Of a stretch of 64,000 nucleotides of DNA, positions 1 to 8,929 are shown piece after piece. Below the pieces are notes generated by a model. That model was not told the origin of the DNA. It saw only the letters and a program-made list of their open reading frames with translations, and ran no database searches. The DNA is from Promethearchaeota archaeon (GTDB lineage: Archaea; Asgardarchaeota; Lokiarchaeia; Sigyniarchaeales; SOKP01): positions 1 to 64,000 of the forward strand of contig JAUVXW010000007.1 in NCBI GenBank assembly GCA_030603385.1, given 5' to 3'. Numbering within the stretch: the stretch's first letter is position 1; every line of letters starts with the position of its first letter. Both the position numbers and the translations under genes were made by a program.

Positions 1-111
1 CAAAATAAATCGAAAAAAGTCTTCTAAATCCATATGCCAAAGAGAAATCTTTGTCAGATCTGTTGATCTCTCATCTTCCTTCTCAATTATTTTCACAATT
101 TTATTTATCAT
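1..111 (-). CDS. 5' part of a hypothetical protein running off the window (MINKIVKIIEKEDERSTDLTKISLWHMDLEDFFRFIL...)
   Basis: Manual translation; ATG at 111-109 with GTGAGG SD-like motif upstream; not in ORF track. Confidence 0.6.
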   Translation of the reverse strand, partial: MINKIVKIIEKEDERSTDLTKISLWHMDLEDFFRFIL

Positions 112-183
112 AATTTTAACCTCACTTTCTCAAAAGTGGCATTTTTGGGAATTATCTATAAGTAACAGATTGTGGGAGTCTTT

Positions 184-211
184 TTAAATTCTTCCTGAAA
201 TTTTATTGCTG
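184..211. repeat. 28-bp imperfect direct repeat, copy 1 (copy 2 at 5218-5245)
   Basis: TTAAATTCTTCCTGAAATTTTATTGCTG vs TTAAATTCTTCCTGGAATTTTAATGATG, 25/28 identical. Confidence 0.75.
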
Positions 212-331
212 CTAAATTAAAAAAAGAAAATTAATTCAAAATAATTTTGAATAAATTGATTCAATTAATTCTTCAAATTTGAATTATTTAATTCTTTGAA
301 GATGAAATAAATTTGTTTTTCTAAGAATTAG

Positions 332-373
332 TGATTTATACAAGCTGTATAATGATTTATACAAGTTGTATAA
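332..373. repeat. Tandem 2 x 21-bp repeat, each containing palindrome TTATACA-N3-TGTATAA
   Basis: TGATTTATACAAGCTGTATAA followed by TGATTTATACAAGTTGTATAA. Confidence 0.9.
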
Positions 374-521
374 TTCAATTTATTAAAATTTCAATTAAGT
401 CATCTTTAGATGTTATAATTGAAATTTCTATTGATACTAATATAATTTTGAAAGTAAATTTGCAATTAATTTTAATTTAAAATTTTGCGAAACGGAGGCG
501 CCTTTTTTTAGAAATAATTTG

Positions 522-552
522 AATTTCAAATTCAAGTTTCAAATTTGAAATT
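522..552. repeat. Perfect inverted repeat with 11-bp arms and 9-bp spacer
   Basis: AATTTCAAATT-caagtttca-AATTTGAAATT. Confidence 0.75.
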
Positions 553-690
553 GCGAAGCCAACTTTGAAATAGAGTTAAGATATTAAGAGATTTCTAGCA
601 TTCCCATTAAATTTATTGATAGGCATAAATCTTTTGAATCAAAAGTTAAAAACCTTAAAAACAAGTACTTGGGAAGAATTAGTGATTTAT

Positions 691-730
691 TAATAAATAG
701 TGATAAATAGTGCTAAATAGCAAAAAATAG
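691..730. repeat. Four 10-bp iteron-like repeats ending in AAATAG
   Basis: taataaatag tgataaatag tgctaaatag caaaaaatag; preceded by AAGAATTAGTGATTTAT (674-690), which is identical to 323-339. Confidence 0.75.
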
Positions 731-1067
731 TTATGGTTTTAAGGTTTATTCTGTATCTTAGAAACTACCCACTAACTTTTGCGAAACCTTTTGCTTCTTT
801 GTCCTTTATGAGTGGGCGGTCATTAGGAAGGAGATCTCAGAAATAATTTCCGAAACGATTTCGGATTTTTTTAATAAAATCTCGTGAAACTAAAATGAAA
901 AAAATAATTTTGAAATTATTCCAAATTTTGGATTTAATTAAATCCTTTAAATTAAAAGTTTTTTTAGAAAAAGTGAGATGGTGGGAATTCCTGCTAATGA
1001 GTTTTTTTGTACCAGGTTGGGGTAAGTTTGGCCCCTATCTGAAAAGCCAAATTTGGGTTTTCCCTTT

Positions 1068-1505
1068 CTATAAATCAGTATATTCCAATAATAATTGTAA
1101 TGTAGTTAAATAATCGTATGCTGTCCTTTCTGAAATACCAAAATTCAAATATATATCTTCTATCTCTTTTATTGTTAACCCTAATAATAAACCTCTAAAA
1201 TGCTGTATAGCTTCACTTCCTACTCTTTCAAAAAGAGAATGTTTTAGAGAAATAGCAAACCGGATTAAATTTTGAAAAGAAAGAGGTCTAATTTTTTCGA
1301 TTGATTTGTATGGTTTCTCATTAATTTCTTCAAATAATTCGAGAGTAGTATATGGTAATTTATTTTTCAATACTTTTTCATGTTTCTCTTTAATCTCTGG
1401 GTTTTCTTCTGCTAATCTTTTTATGATCTCTAATCGTTCTAAATTTCGTGGTGAGATATCTAAGCTTGTGGAGATTACTCTCCAATCTTTAATTTTTTTC
1501 TTCAT
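1068..1505 (-). CDS. Hypothetical protein with probable C-terminal HTH
   Basis: C-terminal TIKEIEDIYLNFGISERTAYDYLTTL resembles an HTH recognition helix. Confidence 0.55.
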   Translation of the reverse strand: MKKKIKDWRVISTSLDISPRNLERLEIIKRLAEENPEIKEKHEKVLKNKLPYTTLELFEEINEKPYKSIEKIRPLSFQNLIRFAISLKHSLFERVGSEAIQHFRGLLLGLTIKEIEDIYLNFGISERTAYDYLTTLQLLLEYTDL

Positions 1506-1717
1506 AATAAATACAAAATAGTTTTTATTTTTAAGGTTTTGTCATTATATGACAAAAAGAAAAAATAATCCCAAATCTTAATTTATAATTCTGAATTTCT
1601 TTTTTATAAATAAACTTTATAAAGTACTATATAATATAATATCATAATAAATAAAGTACTTACTTTATATAAAAATTAAATTTTAAAAAATAAACATAAG
1701 GAGTTGAATTTAAAAAA

Positions 1718-1855
1718 ATGAAAGTAATAACAATATATTTCGAAGAAGATGATTTCAAGGAGCTGAAGAAGCTTAAGGGTAAATTATCTTGGCGAGATTT
1801 CATTTTAACTCTAATTAATAAAGATGAAAGTGGTGATAATATCGATGTCGGATGA
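1718..1855 (+). CDS. Small ribbon-helix-helix / antitoxin-like DNA-binding protein (45 aa), not in ORF track
   Basis: MKVITIYFEEDDFKELKKLKGKLSWRDFILTLINKDESGDNIDVG: alternating N-terminal beta strand plus two helices; AGGAG SD upstream; overlaps the start of the next gene. Confidence 0.7.
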   Translation: MKVITIYFEEDDFKELKKLKGKLSWRDFILTLINKDESGDNIDVG

Positions 1856-2642
1856 TTTACCTAAAGCATGGGTTAGACCTGTTAAAAAAGAGACCTATAT
1901 TTCCGCAATTGGAACTACAAGTCTTCGTGTTGTGGCATCTGCATATGTCGAATTAAATAATGTTAAGATTATAAAACTTATAGCCAAAAGCGGAACCGCT
2001 CCTAAGGAGACTGATGTATTGAGTGAAGATTACGGTGTCAAGGTTGGTGATGGACAGGTAAAGGATTTTATGGTTAATTATAAACTTGAGAAGGATGAGG
2101 ATTTAGATGATATGAACCCTTTTGATGTCACATGTCTAGCTAAAATTATAGAGCTTATGGATGATACTCTTCCTGAGTTTATAGATAAAAAAACACGAGA
2201 ATCACACCCTCCTGATTTACCAATCTCATTAATGGAAGTGGAGATTACTGACCCAAAGTTTATAGAGATAGCCGATATAGAAAACCCTAAGCTTGATTTA
2301 CGGTTTAATACATTAAAAGCTGAGAATGAGCAATTAAAACAGGATATATATGATAAGCATAGAGATCATGCATTATCTTATTTATTTACACACGGTTTTA
2401 AGAGACATACGCTTAATTGTCAAATGGTAATTGAAACATCTAAGAGATTTTCTGAAAAGGAAGACCGTAAGAATGCCATTATGTATTGGGGAGGAAAGGA
2501 TGATTTATTTCCTAAAACGGATTATAACTTATGGTTATTTATTCATACACATTATATTACACCTAGAGCTTTTGCTATACAAAAGAAGTTAGTTCTTGCT
2601 GACGAAGATAAATTATCACTTGACGGATATAAATGGGGGTGA
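1845..2642 (+). CDS. Hypothetical protein (track start 1824; ATG 1845 more likely)
   Basis: Long ORF in an operon; GGTGA SD upstream of ATG 1845; no recognisable family. Confidence 0.75.
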   Translation: MSDDLPKAWVRPVKKETYISAIGTTSLRVVASAYVELNNVKIIKLIAKSGTAPKETDVLSEDYGVKVGDGQVKDFMVNYKLEKDEDLDDMNPFDVTCLAKIIELMDDTLPEFIDKKTRESHPPDLPISLMEVEITDPKFIEIADIENPKLDLRFNTLKAENEQLKQDIYDKHRDHALSYLFTHGFKRHTLNCQMVIETSKRFSEKEDRKNAIMYWGGKDDLFPKTDYNLWLFIHTHYITPRAFAIQKKLVLADEDKLSLDGYKWG

Positions 2643-2647
2643 TAAAA

Positions 2648-2911
2648 ATGGTGGATAAATTGGAAGGAATTAAATTTAAGGAAAAGTGTTGGCTCATTCC
2701 ATTAGACGATGACGAGCTTACATTATATTTCTATGATGATAAAGATGTCGCAATGAAAGAATTGAAGTCATTGATAAAGGAAAATCCTGACGCAGAAATC
2801 TCGATTGCAGAGCTTACATATTCGATACAAGGGGATAAAGGTAAGTTTAGTGCTACTGGTGTTGAGTTGAAGGAGATTATGAAAGCATGGGCAACTGAGG
2901 AGGATGAATAA
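2648..2911 (+). CDS. Small acidic hypothetical protein (track start 2633)
   Basis: GGGGTGA SD before ATG 2648; TAATG coupling to next gene. Confidence 0.7.
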   Translation: MVDKLEGIKFKEKCWLIPLDDDELTLYFYDDKDVAMKELKSLIKENPDAEISIAELTYSIQGDKGKFSATGVELKEIMKAWATEEDE

Positions 2912-4038
2912 TGGGTAAGTTTGAAATGGAATCAGATGAAGATGTTAGTATAGATGAAAAAGCGGGTATTGTATATCCATCTCATTATCAAGAAAAGAAG
3001 ATGATTTCTGTTAATGATATCATATTCGATACTACCCAATCAAGACATGGTGAATGGGAGAATGATGAACTTGACCTTCAGTTGATGAGTTCTGTTGAAG
3101 AAATTGGTTTGATATATGATATTATGGTTAGACCTACTGACAGTGTTAAATATGGTGGTAATCATGATAAACCATATGCTTGTGTGGCTGGTTCTCGAAG
3201 GTTTCATTCCATGATTGCCGCTGGACATACTGAAGTTCCGTGTATTATAAGAGATCTTAGCGATATTGATGCTGTTATGTACTCTTTGAGTGAGAATATT
3301 GGTCGAAAGGCATTAACCCCATTTCAAGAACAACGTGCGGTAAATCTATGGTTTAATATGTTATTAGAAAAAAGAACCCAAGAGTTTATGAAAGATAAGG
3401 GAATAGATAATATCGAAGGTGATAATTATAAAGGAGATAGACGAAAAATTAGAACTTCTGTTGTACAAAATATTGCAGATAAGATATATGCTAAAAAAAC
3501 TGATTCTGTACATAGGATATTAAGGATAGGAAGTCTCCCTGATAGTATAAAAGGACTACTCAAAAAGTTAACTGAAAGAACTCCTGAAGATATAAAAATT
3601 CTTAAATCATATGGATTAAAGCATGATTTTATGATGGATAAAGACGGGCTTTTAATTATTAGAGAAATTCAAAAAAGGTTTTTTGGAGAAGAAAAAATTG
3701 ATTCAATTTTTTCTCAAAAAATTTTTGAAATGATAAAAAAAAGTAAAATTGACGAAAAGGAATTTCATGCGACCCAGAATTATATACTAAAAGACATAAG
3801 AGATCAGCTTAAGGCAGGGAAATCTTTTGAAGTTGTTATGAAAGAACTAAAAACAAAGGAAAAGGAGTACACATTTGAAGAAGGGGTACAGAGATATATT
3901 ATTAGAGTACCACCAGATTACACTAAATGGCACGAAAGAGCTTGTAGTGAACTTAGAAAGAAAAGTAATGAGATAATATCTTACATCTATTTAAAATGGT
4001 TAAGAGATCAAGCTAAGAAAAATGATTGGAAACAATGA
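2911..4038 (+). CDS. ParB/Srx-family protein
   Basis: ParB N-domain pattern: ISVNDI...QSR...LMSSVEEIGLIYDIMVRP...VAGSRRFHSM...EVPCIIRD...SLSENIGRKALTPFQE (GxRR and EN..R motifs); RHH-like C-terminus. Confidence 0.85.
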   Translation: MGKFEMESDEDVSIDEKAGIVYPSHYQEKKMISVNDIIFDTTQSRHGEWENDELDLQLMSSVEEIGLIYDIMVRPTDSVKYGGNHDKPYACVAGSRRFHSMIAAGHTEVPCIIRDLSDIDAVMYSLSENIGRKALTPFQEQRAVNLWFNMLLEKRTQEFMKDKGIDNIEGDNYKGDRRKIRTSVVQNIADKIYAKKTDSVHRILRIGSLPDSIKGLLKKLTERTPEDIKILKSYGLKHDFMMDKDGLLIIREIQKRFFGEEKIDSIFSQKIFEMIKKSKIDEKEFHATQNYILKDIRDQLKAGKSFEVVMKELKTKEKEYTFEEGVQRYIIRVPPDYTKWHERACSELRKKSNEIISYIYLKWLRDQAKKNDWKQ

Positions 4039-5203
4039 GTTTCAAGTTATAAGAAATGGAGAAAACAAGGAGAATAATATAGAAGATGTAATACCTAAGT
4101 TACTTCCAGATTCTTATGATGCATTAATCCATAGAAATTGCCTATTTCTTGATGAAAGCTTTAATCCTCGTGATGAGAAACCTGACCCGAGGTTGACTAG
4201 CGATATCAGAAAGAGGGGAGGATACCAAGTAGCTATTGTCGTATTTAAATATGGTGAATATAAATTCGGTGTTGGTGGGGGTTGGCAGAGGGAACAAGCA
4301 GGTATCGAAATTGGATATACTGTATTTCCATGCAAGATATTCGATAATAGGCGTAAAATGTTAGAATATCTCGATAGTAGTTATCTTCAAACACCTCTAA
4401 GCAATTTAGCGAATATTCGTAATATTATGATACATTATAGAGAATTTAATGATATTAATGTTGTTGCTCAAAAGCTTAGTAAGTCAATATCCACTATCAA
4501 AAGAGCTGTGAAAATTAATAAACACTTTTCTCTATTATCATTGGTAGCCAAGCCTCATGAACGTGATGTAGACAATTGGCGATTTATTTATGATATAGAA
4601 GGTCGTGATATGTTTGAAAAAAGAAGTCTAACACTCGAAATTGCTGAATCATTAGCTTTAGGATTGCATAAATTCTCAGAGAATAGTATAGGTAAGATTG
4701 CTATTCTTCTATTTAAGAATAAGAAGAGTTATAATGGAAAAATTGATAGGATAATTGATTATATTGTGTCTAAGCCTGATAGAGATGATTATAAGGTATT
4801 AATTGCAGAGTTTATGAATATAAAAAAGAAACAGAATATAACAATGAATCTTGCATCATTCACTCTTGATGAACGAGAATTATTAGAAAAGTATAAGGGT
4901 GAGATGCGTGTAAAAACTATTAATGAACTAATAACACGATTGATAAGAAGGGATCTCTGCTTATATAATAGTTCTTTTATCGGGCGTCCTAACAAACCTT
5001 TTAAAGATCTTAGATTTAAATATGGAACTCAAGAGATTATTATCCGCAAGAATGATGGAGATACTGAGGTTGCAATTCTTGGAGACGATGGATTCTTCAT
5101 AAAATATCAATTAAATGATGTGTTAGAAAAGAGATGGAATAGTAATACATTAATACATAAGCCTATAAAAGCTATACTTAATACTCTTAAAATAAAATAC
5201 TAA
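4022..5203 (+). CDS. Second, divergent ParB-like protein with HTH
   Basis: NPR...LTSDIRKRGG...IVV...VGGGWQREQA...FPCKI matches the ParB N-domain; VVAQKLSKSISTIKRAV is HTH-like. Confidence 0.7.
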   Translation: MIGNNEFQVIRNGENKENNIEDVIPKLLPDSYDALIHRNCLFLDESFNPRDEKPDPRLTSDIRKRGGYQVAIVVFKYGEYKFGVGGGWQREQAGIEIGYTVFPCKIFDNRRKMLEYLDSSYLQTPLSNLANIRNIMIHYREFNDINVVAQKLSKSISTIKRAVKINKHFSLLSLVAKPHERDVDNWRFIYDIEGRDMFEKRSLTLEIAESLALGLHKFSENSIGKIAILLFKNKKSYNGKIDRIIDYIVSKPDRDDYKVLIAEFMNIKKKQNITMNLASFTLDERELLEKYKGEMRVKTINELITRLIRRDLCLYNSSFIGRPNKPFKDLRFKYGTQEIIIRKNDGDTEVAILGDDGFFIKYQLNDVLEKRWNSNTLIHKPIKAILNTLKIKY

Positions 5204-5217
5204 TTATTATTTTTTTA

Positions 5218-5245
5218 TTAAATTCTTCCTGGAATTTTAATGATG
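5218..5245. repeat. 28-bp imperfect direct repeat, copy 2 (copy 1 at 184-211)
   Basis: 25/28 identity to 184-211. Confidence 0.75.
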
Positions 5246-5258
5246 TAAAAATGCATCA

Positions 5259-5858
5259 TTATAAAAAATGGATTTTATTGAGATATTCTCCAAATTCAAT
5301 TCCTTTATAGAGCGAATCATCATATTCCATTAATCTTTTTAACTTTAAATGAGAATATTTTGTATGATAAAGAACTCTTAACAGGAATACCGGGAGAATT
5401 CCAAAAGTATAGCATTTAAGATAAAATAATTCTTTTTCATATCCAAGTAATCTACAGGATATAACTTCATGTAAATATAAGGCTTCTCTAACTTCATTTT
5501 CAGTTAAATCCCTAACAAGTAACCCAATATTTTTATCTAGTTCTTTTTTTGAAATGTTAGGGTTTCGGGAAGCAATATAACTTCTAAATTGTTTTTTATC
5601 CTCTTCATTCAAATATCTCATAACAGCAGCAATAACTTTTTCAAAATATTTTTCTTCATTAAGTAAAAATGCTCTTATGTTTAAGGCCATATCAGGAGCT
5701 ATATTAAAATCATTTTTATTCCTAACTCTACAAGAAATTGTAGTGGATCTACTATGCCAAAAATGTCTTTTTCTTTTATTGATAAAATAATATTCTGAAT
5801 CATCTTTGTCAACAATGTTGTTAACAACTTCCAGGATTCTTTTACTCAATTTTTTCAA
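5259..5858 (-). CDS. Hypothetical protein
   Basis: 199-aa ORF, TTG start, no recognisable motif. Confidence 0.65.
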   Translation of the reverse strand: MKKLSKRILEVVNNIVDKDDSEYYFINKRKRHFWHSRSTTISCRVRNKNDFNIAPDMALNIRAFLLNEEKYFEKVIAAVMRYLNEEDKKQFRSYIASRNPNISKKELDKNIGLLVRDLTENEVREALYLHEVISCRLLGYEKELFYLKCYTFGILPVFLLRVLYHTKYSHLKLKRLMEYDDSLYKGIEFGEYLNKIHFL

Positions 5859-6136
5859 CCAGGTTAATTAATGTAAACCAATTATGGAATATAAATCAAT
5901 GAAAATATATAAATAATTATTATTAATCAATTAATTTGATCCATGTTTACAATATATCAATGCGAAATCTTGAAGTTAGGATGCTTTCTCAAAATATTTT
6001 CTTGAAATTTGGAGAAATTATAAATTATTATTTAATAATTTAGTGGAAATTATTTTTGGAATAATCTTAATTTTGTTTGCTTATTAGCAAACATTTATAA
6101 AGAACAAACACATCTTGATCTTAGTGATTAAAAAAA

Positions 6137-6345
6137 TGGTAAGTTATAAAAAACTGTATGAAGACCAAATAGAGTTTATTAGAAAAGAATGGGATTCAGA
6201 ATATAAATGTCCTAAATGTGGAATGATACTAAGAGAATCCTTAACAGGAATTATCTGCTCTAATGAGAATTGCTCTTTTGAATACTCTATAAGTGGTTTA
6301 GTAAGCAGAATAGCAGAAACAAATCACTGGGAGAGGTGTGATTAA
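6137..6345 (+). CDS. Small Zn-ribbon protein (track start 6115)
   Basis: CPKCG...CSNENC. Confidence 0.65.
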
Positions 6346-6592
6346 AAAAATGAAAAGTAAAATTGGAAAGATAATGTTTGAACAAGACTTAAAGGATTTA
6401 ATGAAAGAATCACATCAAAGAGAACAATTAATTTTAGAACAAGCTCGAAGAAATGCTTGTAATAAATGTAAAGAATGTATTTTTAAAGATTATTTTGAAG
6501 ATAGTACTTTCATAAAAGAAATTATGCCTAAAAAAGGAGAAGTTTATTCAAAAAATCAATGTATTGAAATTAAAAAAATATTAGAGGATTAA
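6338..6592 (+). CDS. Small Cys-containing hypothetical protein
   Basis: CNKCKEC...C; overlapping operon arrangement. Confidence 0.6.
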   Translation: MIKKMKSKIGKIMFEQDLKDLMKESHQREQLILEQARRNACNKCKECIFKDYFEDSTFIKEIMPKKGEVYSKNQCIEIKKILED

Positions 6593-6594
6593 AA

Positions 6595-7398
6595 ATGTGT
6601 GAATGTAAAGAAACACTGGATTATTGGATTGAATCCAAAAAGGCCTATCAAAAAATAACAATCGAAACTCCAAGAAGTAAAAGAAAAATATTAGTAGAAT
6701 TATACAATTGCGATATTGATTACTTAAAAAATGTTAAAAAAGTAATCTGTATTCATCCTGCTAATCATTCAGTAGCGTTATTCTTAAAAATGAAAGATAA
6801 AGCAGACTTATGTCTATATTGTCATCCTTTATTAGCAAAAGAAACTTCTAAAGATTTTGTTATTTCTTATACTCAAAAGTTTAATTATCCATTAGTAATC
6901 CTTACTCGAATCGAAAATATAGAAGATTTATGTAGGGAAAATGGATGTCCAACAAGATTTAGAAGATGGTGTACTAGGATGTTCAAAATTGAACCAATAA
7001 GATTATTTTACAAAACTTTTATTCCTTCAGGAGTAATTGAATATATTGGAATTCAAAAATTTCATTCTAAAGAAAGATCAGAAATAAATCCTGAATTAAT
7101 TGAAGATGCAAAATCCCAAAAAAGATATAAAATTTATAGAGAAATGCCAATTTTCCACGAATCAGAAGAATATAACACTGAAATAATGGAAGAGGCAAAA
7201 ATCAATCCTTATTCCGATTCAGTAAGGGGATATAATAGATATGGTTGTTATCTATGTCCTTTTGCCGGAAAAAAATATTATGAGCAATTAAAAGTAGTTG
7301 ATACTGAAACCTATAAAAGATGTAATGAATTGATGGATATCGCTTCAGAAAAAACAGGATCAAGATATTATTATTATAGAAAATCAAAAATAATGTAA
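6595..7398 (+). CDS. PAPS-reductase-family (CysH/DndC/IbrA-like) protein with degenerate N-terminal PP-loop
   Basis: RWCTRMFKIEP, YIGIQKFHSKERS and NPY...GYNRYGCYLCPF match family motifs; no SGGKDS motif (HPANHS at the equivalent place). Confidence 0.8.
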   Translation: MCECKETLDYWIESKKAYQKITIETPRSKRKILVELYNCDIDYLKNVKKVICIHPANHSVALFLKMKDKADLCLYCHPLLAKETSKDFVISYTQKFNYPLVILTRIENIEDLCRENGCPTRFRRWCTRMFKIEPIRLFYKTFIPSGVIEYIGIQKFHSKERSEINPELIEDAKSQKRYKIYREMPIFHESEEYNTEIMEEAKINPYSDSVRGYNRYGCYLCPFAGKKYYEQLKVVDTETYKRCNELMDIASEKTGSRYYYYRKSKIM

Positions 7399-7412
7399 AA
7401 AGGTAGATAAAA

Positions 7413-7709
7413 ATGGTTAAAGAAAAGATTTTAAAGATCCGGATAAGTGAATACTTAAAAAGTAGAGCAAAAGATTGCGCTAGTTCATATGAATGGTCTT
7501 TATCTCAATATATTCGATTTTTAATTAGAATGGATGTTGATAGTCCAATATATCAAAAAATTATTCCTTTGATAAAGGAAAATGTGGACACATTAGACAA
7601 GATTCAAGAGTTTACACATGAAGGAAGGCGTTTTCTGATCATACCTGAAAATCAGGAGAATTTAAAAAAATCAATTAATGAAATATTGATAAATAAAAAG
7701 GAGAATTAA
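7413..7709 (+). CDS. Ribbon-helix-helix DNA-binding protein
   Basis: KILKIRISEYLKSRAKDCASSYEWSLSQYIRFLI is a typical RHH pattern. Confidence 0.75.
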   Translation: MVKEKILKIRISEYLKSRAKDCASSYEWSLSQYIRFLIRMDVDSPIYQKIIPLIKENVDTLDKIQEFTHEGRRFLIIPENQENLKKSINEILINKKEN

Positions 7710-7710
7710 A

Positions 7711-8052
7711 ATGTTTATAATGAATGGGGAAAAATTTTGGAGATCTGTTAAAGAGGAGATCTCCCAAATAGCTAATCTCGACATACTTGAAGGCTGTCAA
7801 AACTGTGAAATTCTAAAAAGAATCCAAAACTTAGACAAAAAACTTAATGCTCCAAAAATTCAATATAGAAAGAGAGGGAATTACTATTATTTTTATGAAA
7901 TGGAATGGTATTATGATAAGGAAGTAAAAGAAGGAAGAAGAAAAATAAAAGATAAGTTAGGCCGTATTTCAATAAAAAATTATGAAATCAATAGAGAAAA
8001 AATTAAAAAAATGGGAAAAAAGGAATTATTAGAATTCTTGGAGCAATATTAA
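7711..8052 (+). CDS. Small basic protein with a beta-sheet DNA-binding-like motif
   Basis: YRKRGNYYYFYEMEWYYDKEVKEGRRKIKDKLGRI resembles the N-terminal motif of IS1634-type transposases and some archaeal integrases. Confidence 0.5.
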   Translation: MFIMNGEKFWRSVKEEISQIANLDILEGCQNCEILKRIQNLDKKLNAPKIQYRKRGNYYYFYEMEWYYDKEVKEGRRKIKDKLGRISIKNYEINREKIKKMGKKELLEFLEQY

Positions 8053-8110
8053 AAAATGTAATAAAAACTAAGTTAGAATAAAAATTTAAAAAAAATTAAA
8101 ATAAAAAGAG

Positions 8111-8497
8111 ATGAAAATGAAACCAGAAGAAGTTAGAGAGAAAAAGATAATAAGTAATGCATTTCAGAGATTTGACATAGAATATAAACTATTAGAAGCT
8201 AAATTATGGGCTGATTATTATGAAGTATTAAAAGGAGATATAGAACATATTATATGCGACTGTGGTCATTCTAACGAACTTACTCAACCATTTTGGAAAG
8301 TAATTTGCGAGAAATGTGGAATAAACATCGGTGAGATAGCTGGGAAAAGAACAGAAAAAGTATTTAATAGATTTTTTAGAGAAACAGGGGCTTACATAGA
8401 TAAAATGCCGATATCTGATAGTGAGAAAAATCTTTTGAAAAAAGGAATTATAAATATTTGGGCAAAAAGAGACTATAAAAATTGGAGAAAAGAGTAG
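8111..8497 (+). CDS. Zn-ribbon hypothetical protein
   Basis: CDCGH...CEKCG. Confidence 0.65.
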   Translation: MKMKPEEVREKKIISNAFQRFDIEYKLLEAKLWADYYEVLKGDIEHIICDCGHSNELTQPFWKVICEKCGINIGEIAGKRTEKVFNRFFRETGAYIDKMPISDSEKNLLKKGIINIWAKRDYKNWRKE

Positions 8498-8611
8498 GAT
8501 TAAAATATAATAGATTTACAGGAAGATAAAATAAATAAAAATTACAAAATTATGAAGATCTTCTCACAAAAGAAAAAATAGATTTTAAGTTGCAATTAGA
8601 TCTTAGTCAAA

Positions 8612-8764
8612 CTAACTAAGATTTTTTTCTTTCACAACAAAATAAATAAGGCCCTTAATGTCTTTAGTACCAATTACATCAAAACCAATTTTATCAAGTT
8701 TTTCTTTTGCTACTAAAAATTCTTTAGCAAATTTCTTTTCAGAATCCATTTCTAAAGACATCAT
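8612..8764 (-). CDS. Possible 50-aa hypothetical protein, not in ORF track
   Basis: Manual translation MMSLEMDSEKKFAKEFLVAKEKLDKIGFDVIGTKDIKGLIYFVVKEKNLS. Confidence 0.4.
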   Translation of the reverse strand: MMSLEMDSEKKFAKEFLVAKEKLDKIGFDVIGTKDIKGLIYFVVKEKNLS

Positions 8765-8929
8765 TAATTAAAATAAATTCTAATCAACTATTTAAATGTA
8801 TTGGTAAAAATGCCCAAAAACAAGTGAAAAAAGCTATATTTTAATCAACTTTTTAAGGGTTAGGATAATAATCATTATCTAAATTACCATCTTCAGGAAA
8901 GATTAATTTTCTCCAAACTTCCAATTCAC

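Noticed and set aside
323-730. Possible CRISPR array
   Set aside because: Repeats are directly tandem or only two copies, with no unique spacers and no cas genes
895-1521. ORFs 895-1113 (+) and 1306-1521 (+)
   Set aside because: Low-complexity or antisense overlap with the better-supported 1068-1505 gene; probably spurious
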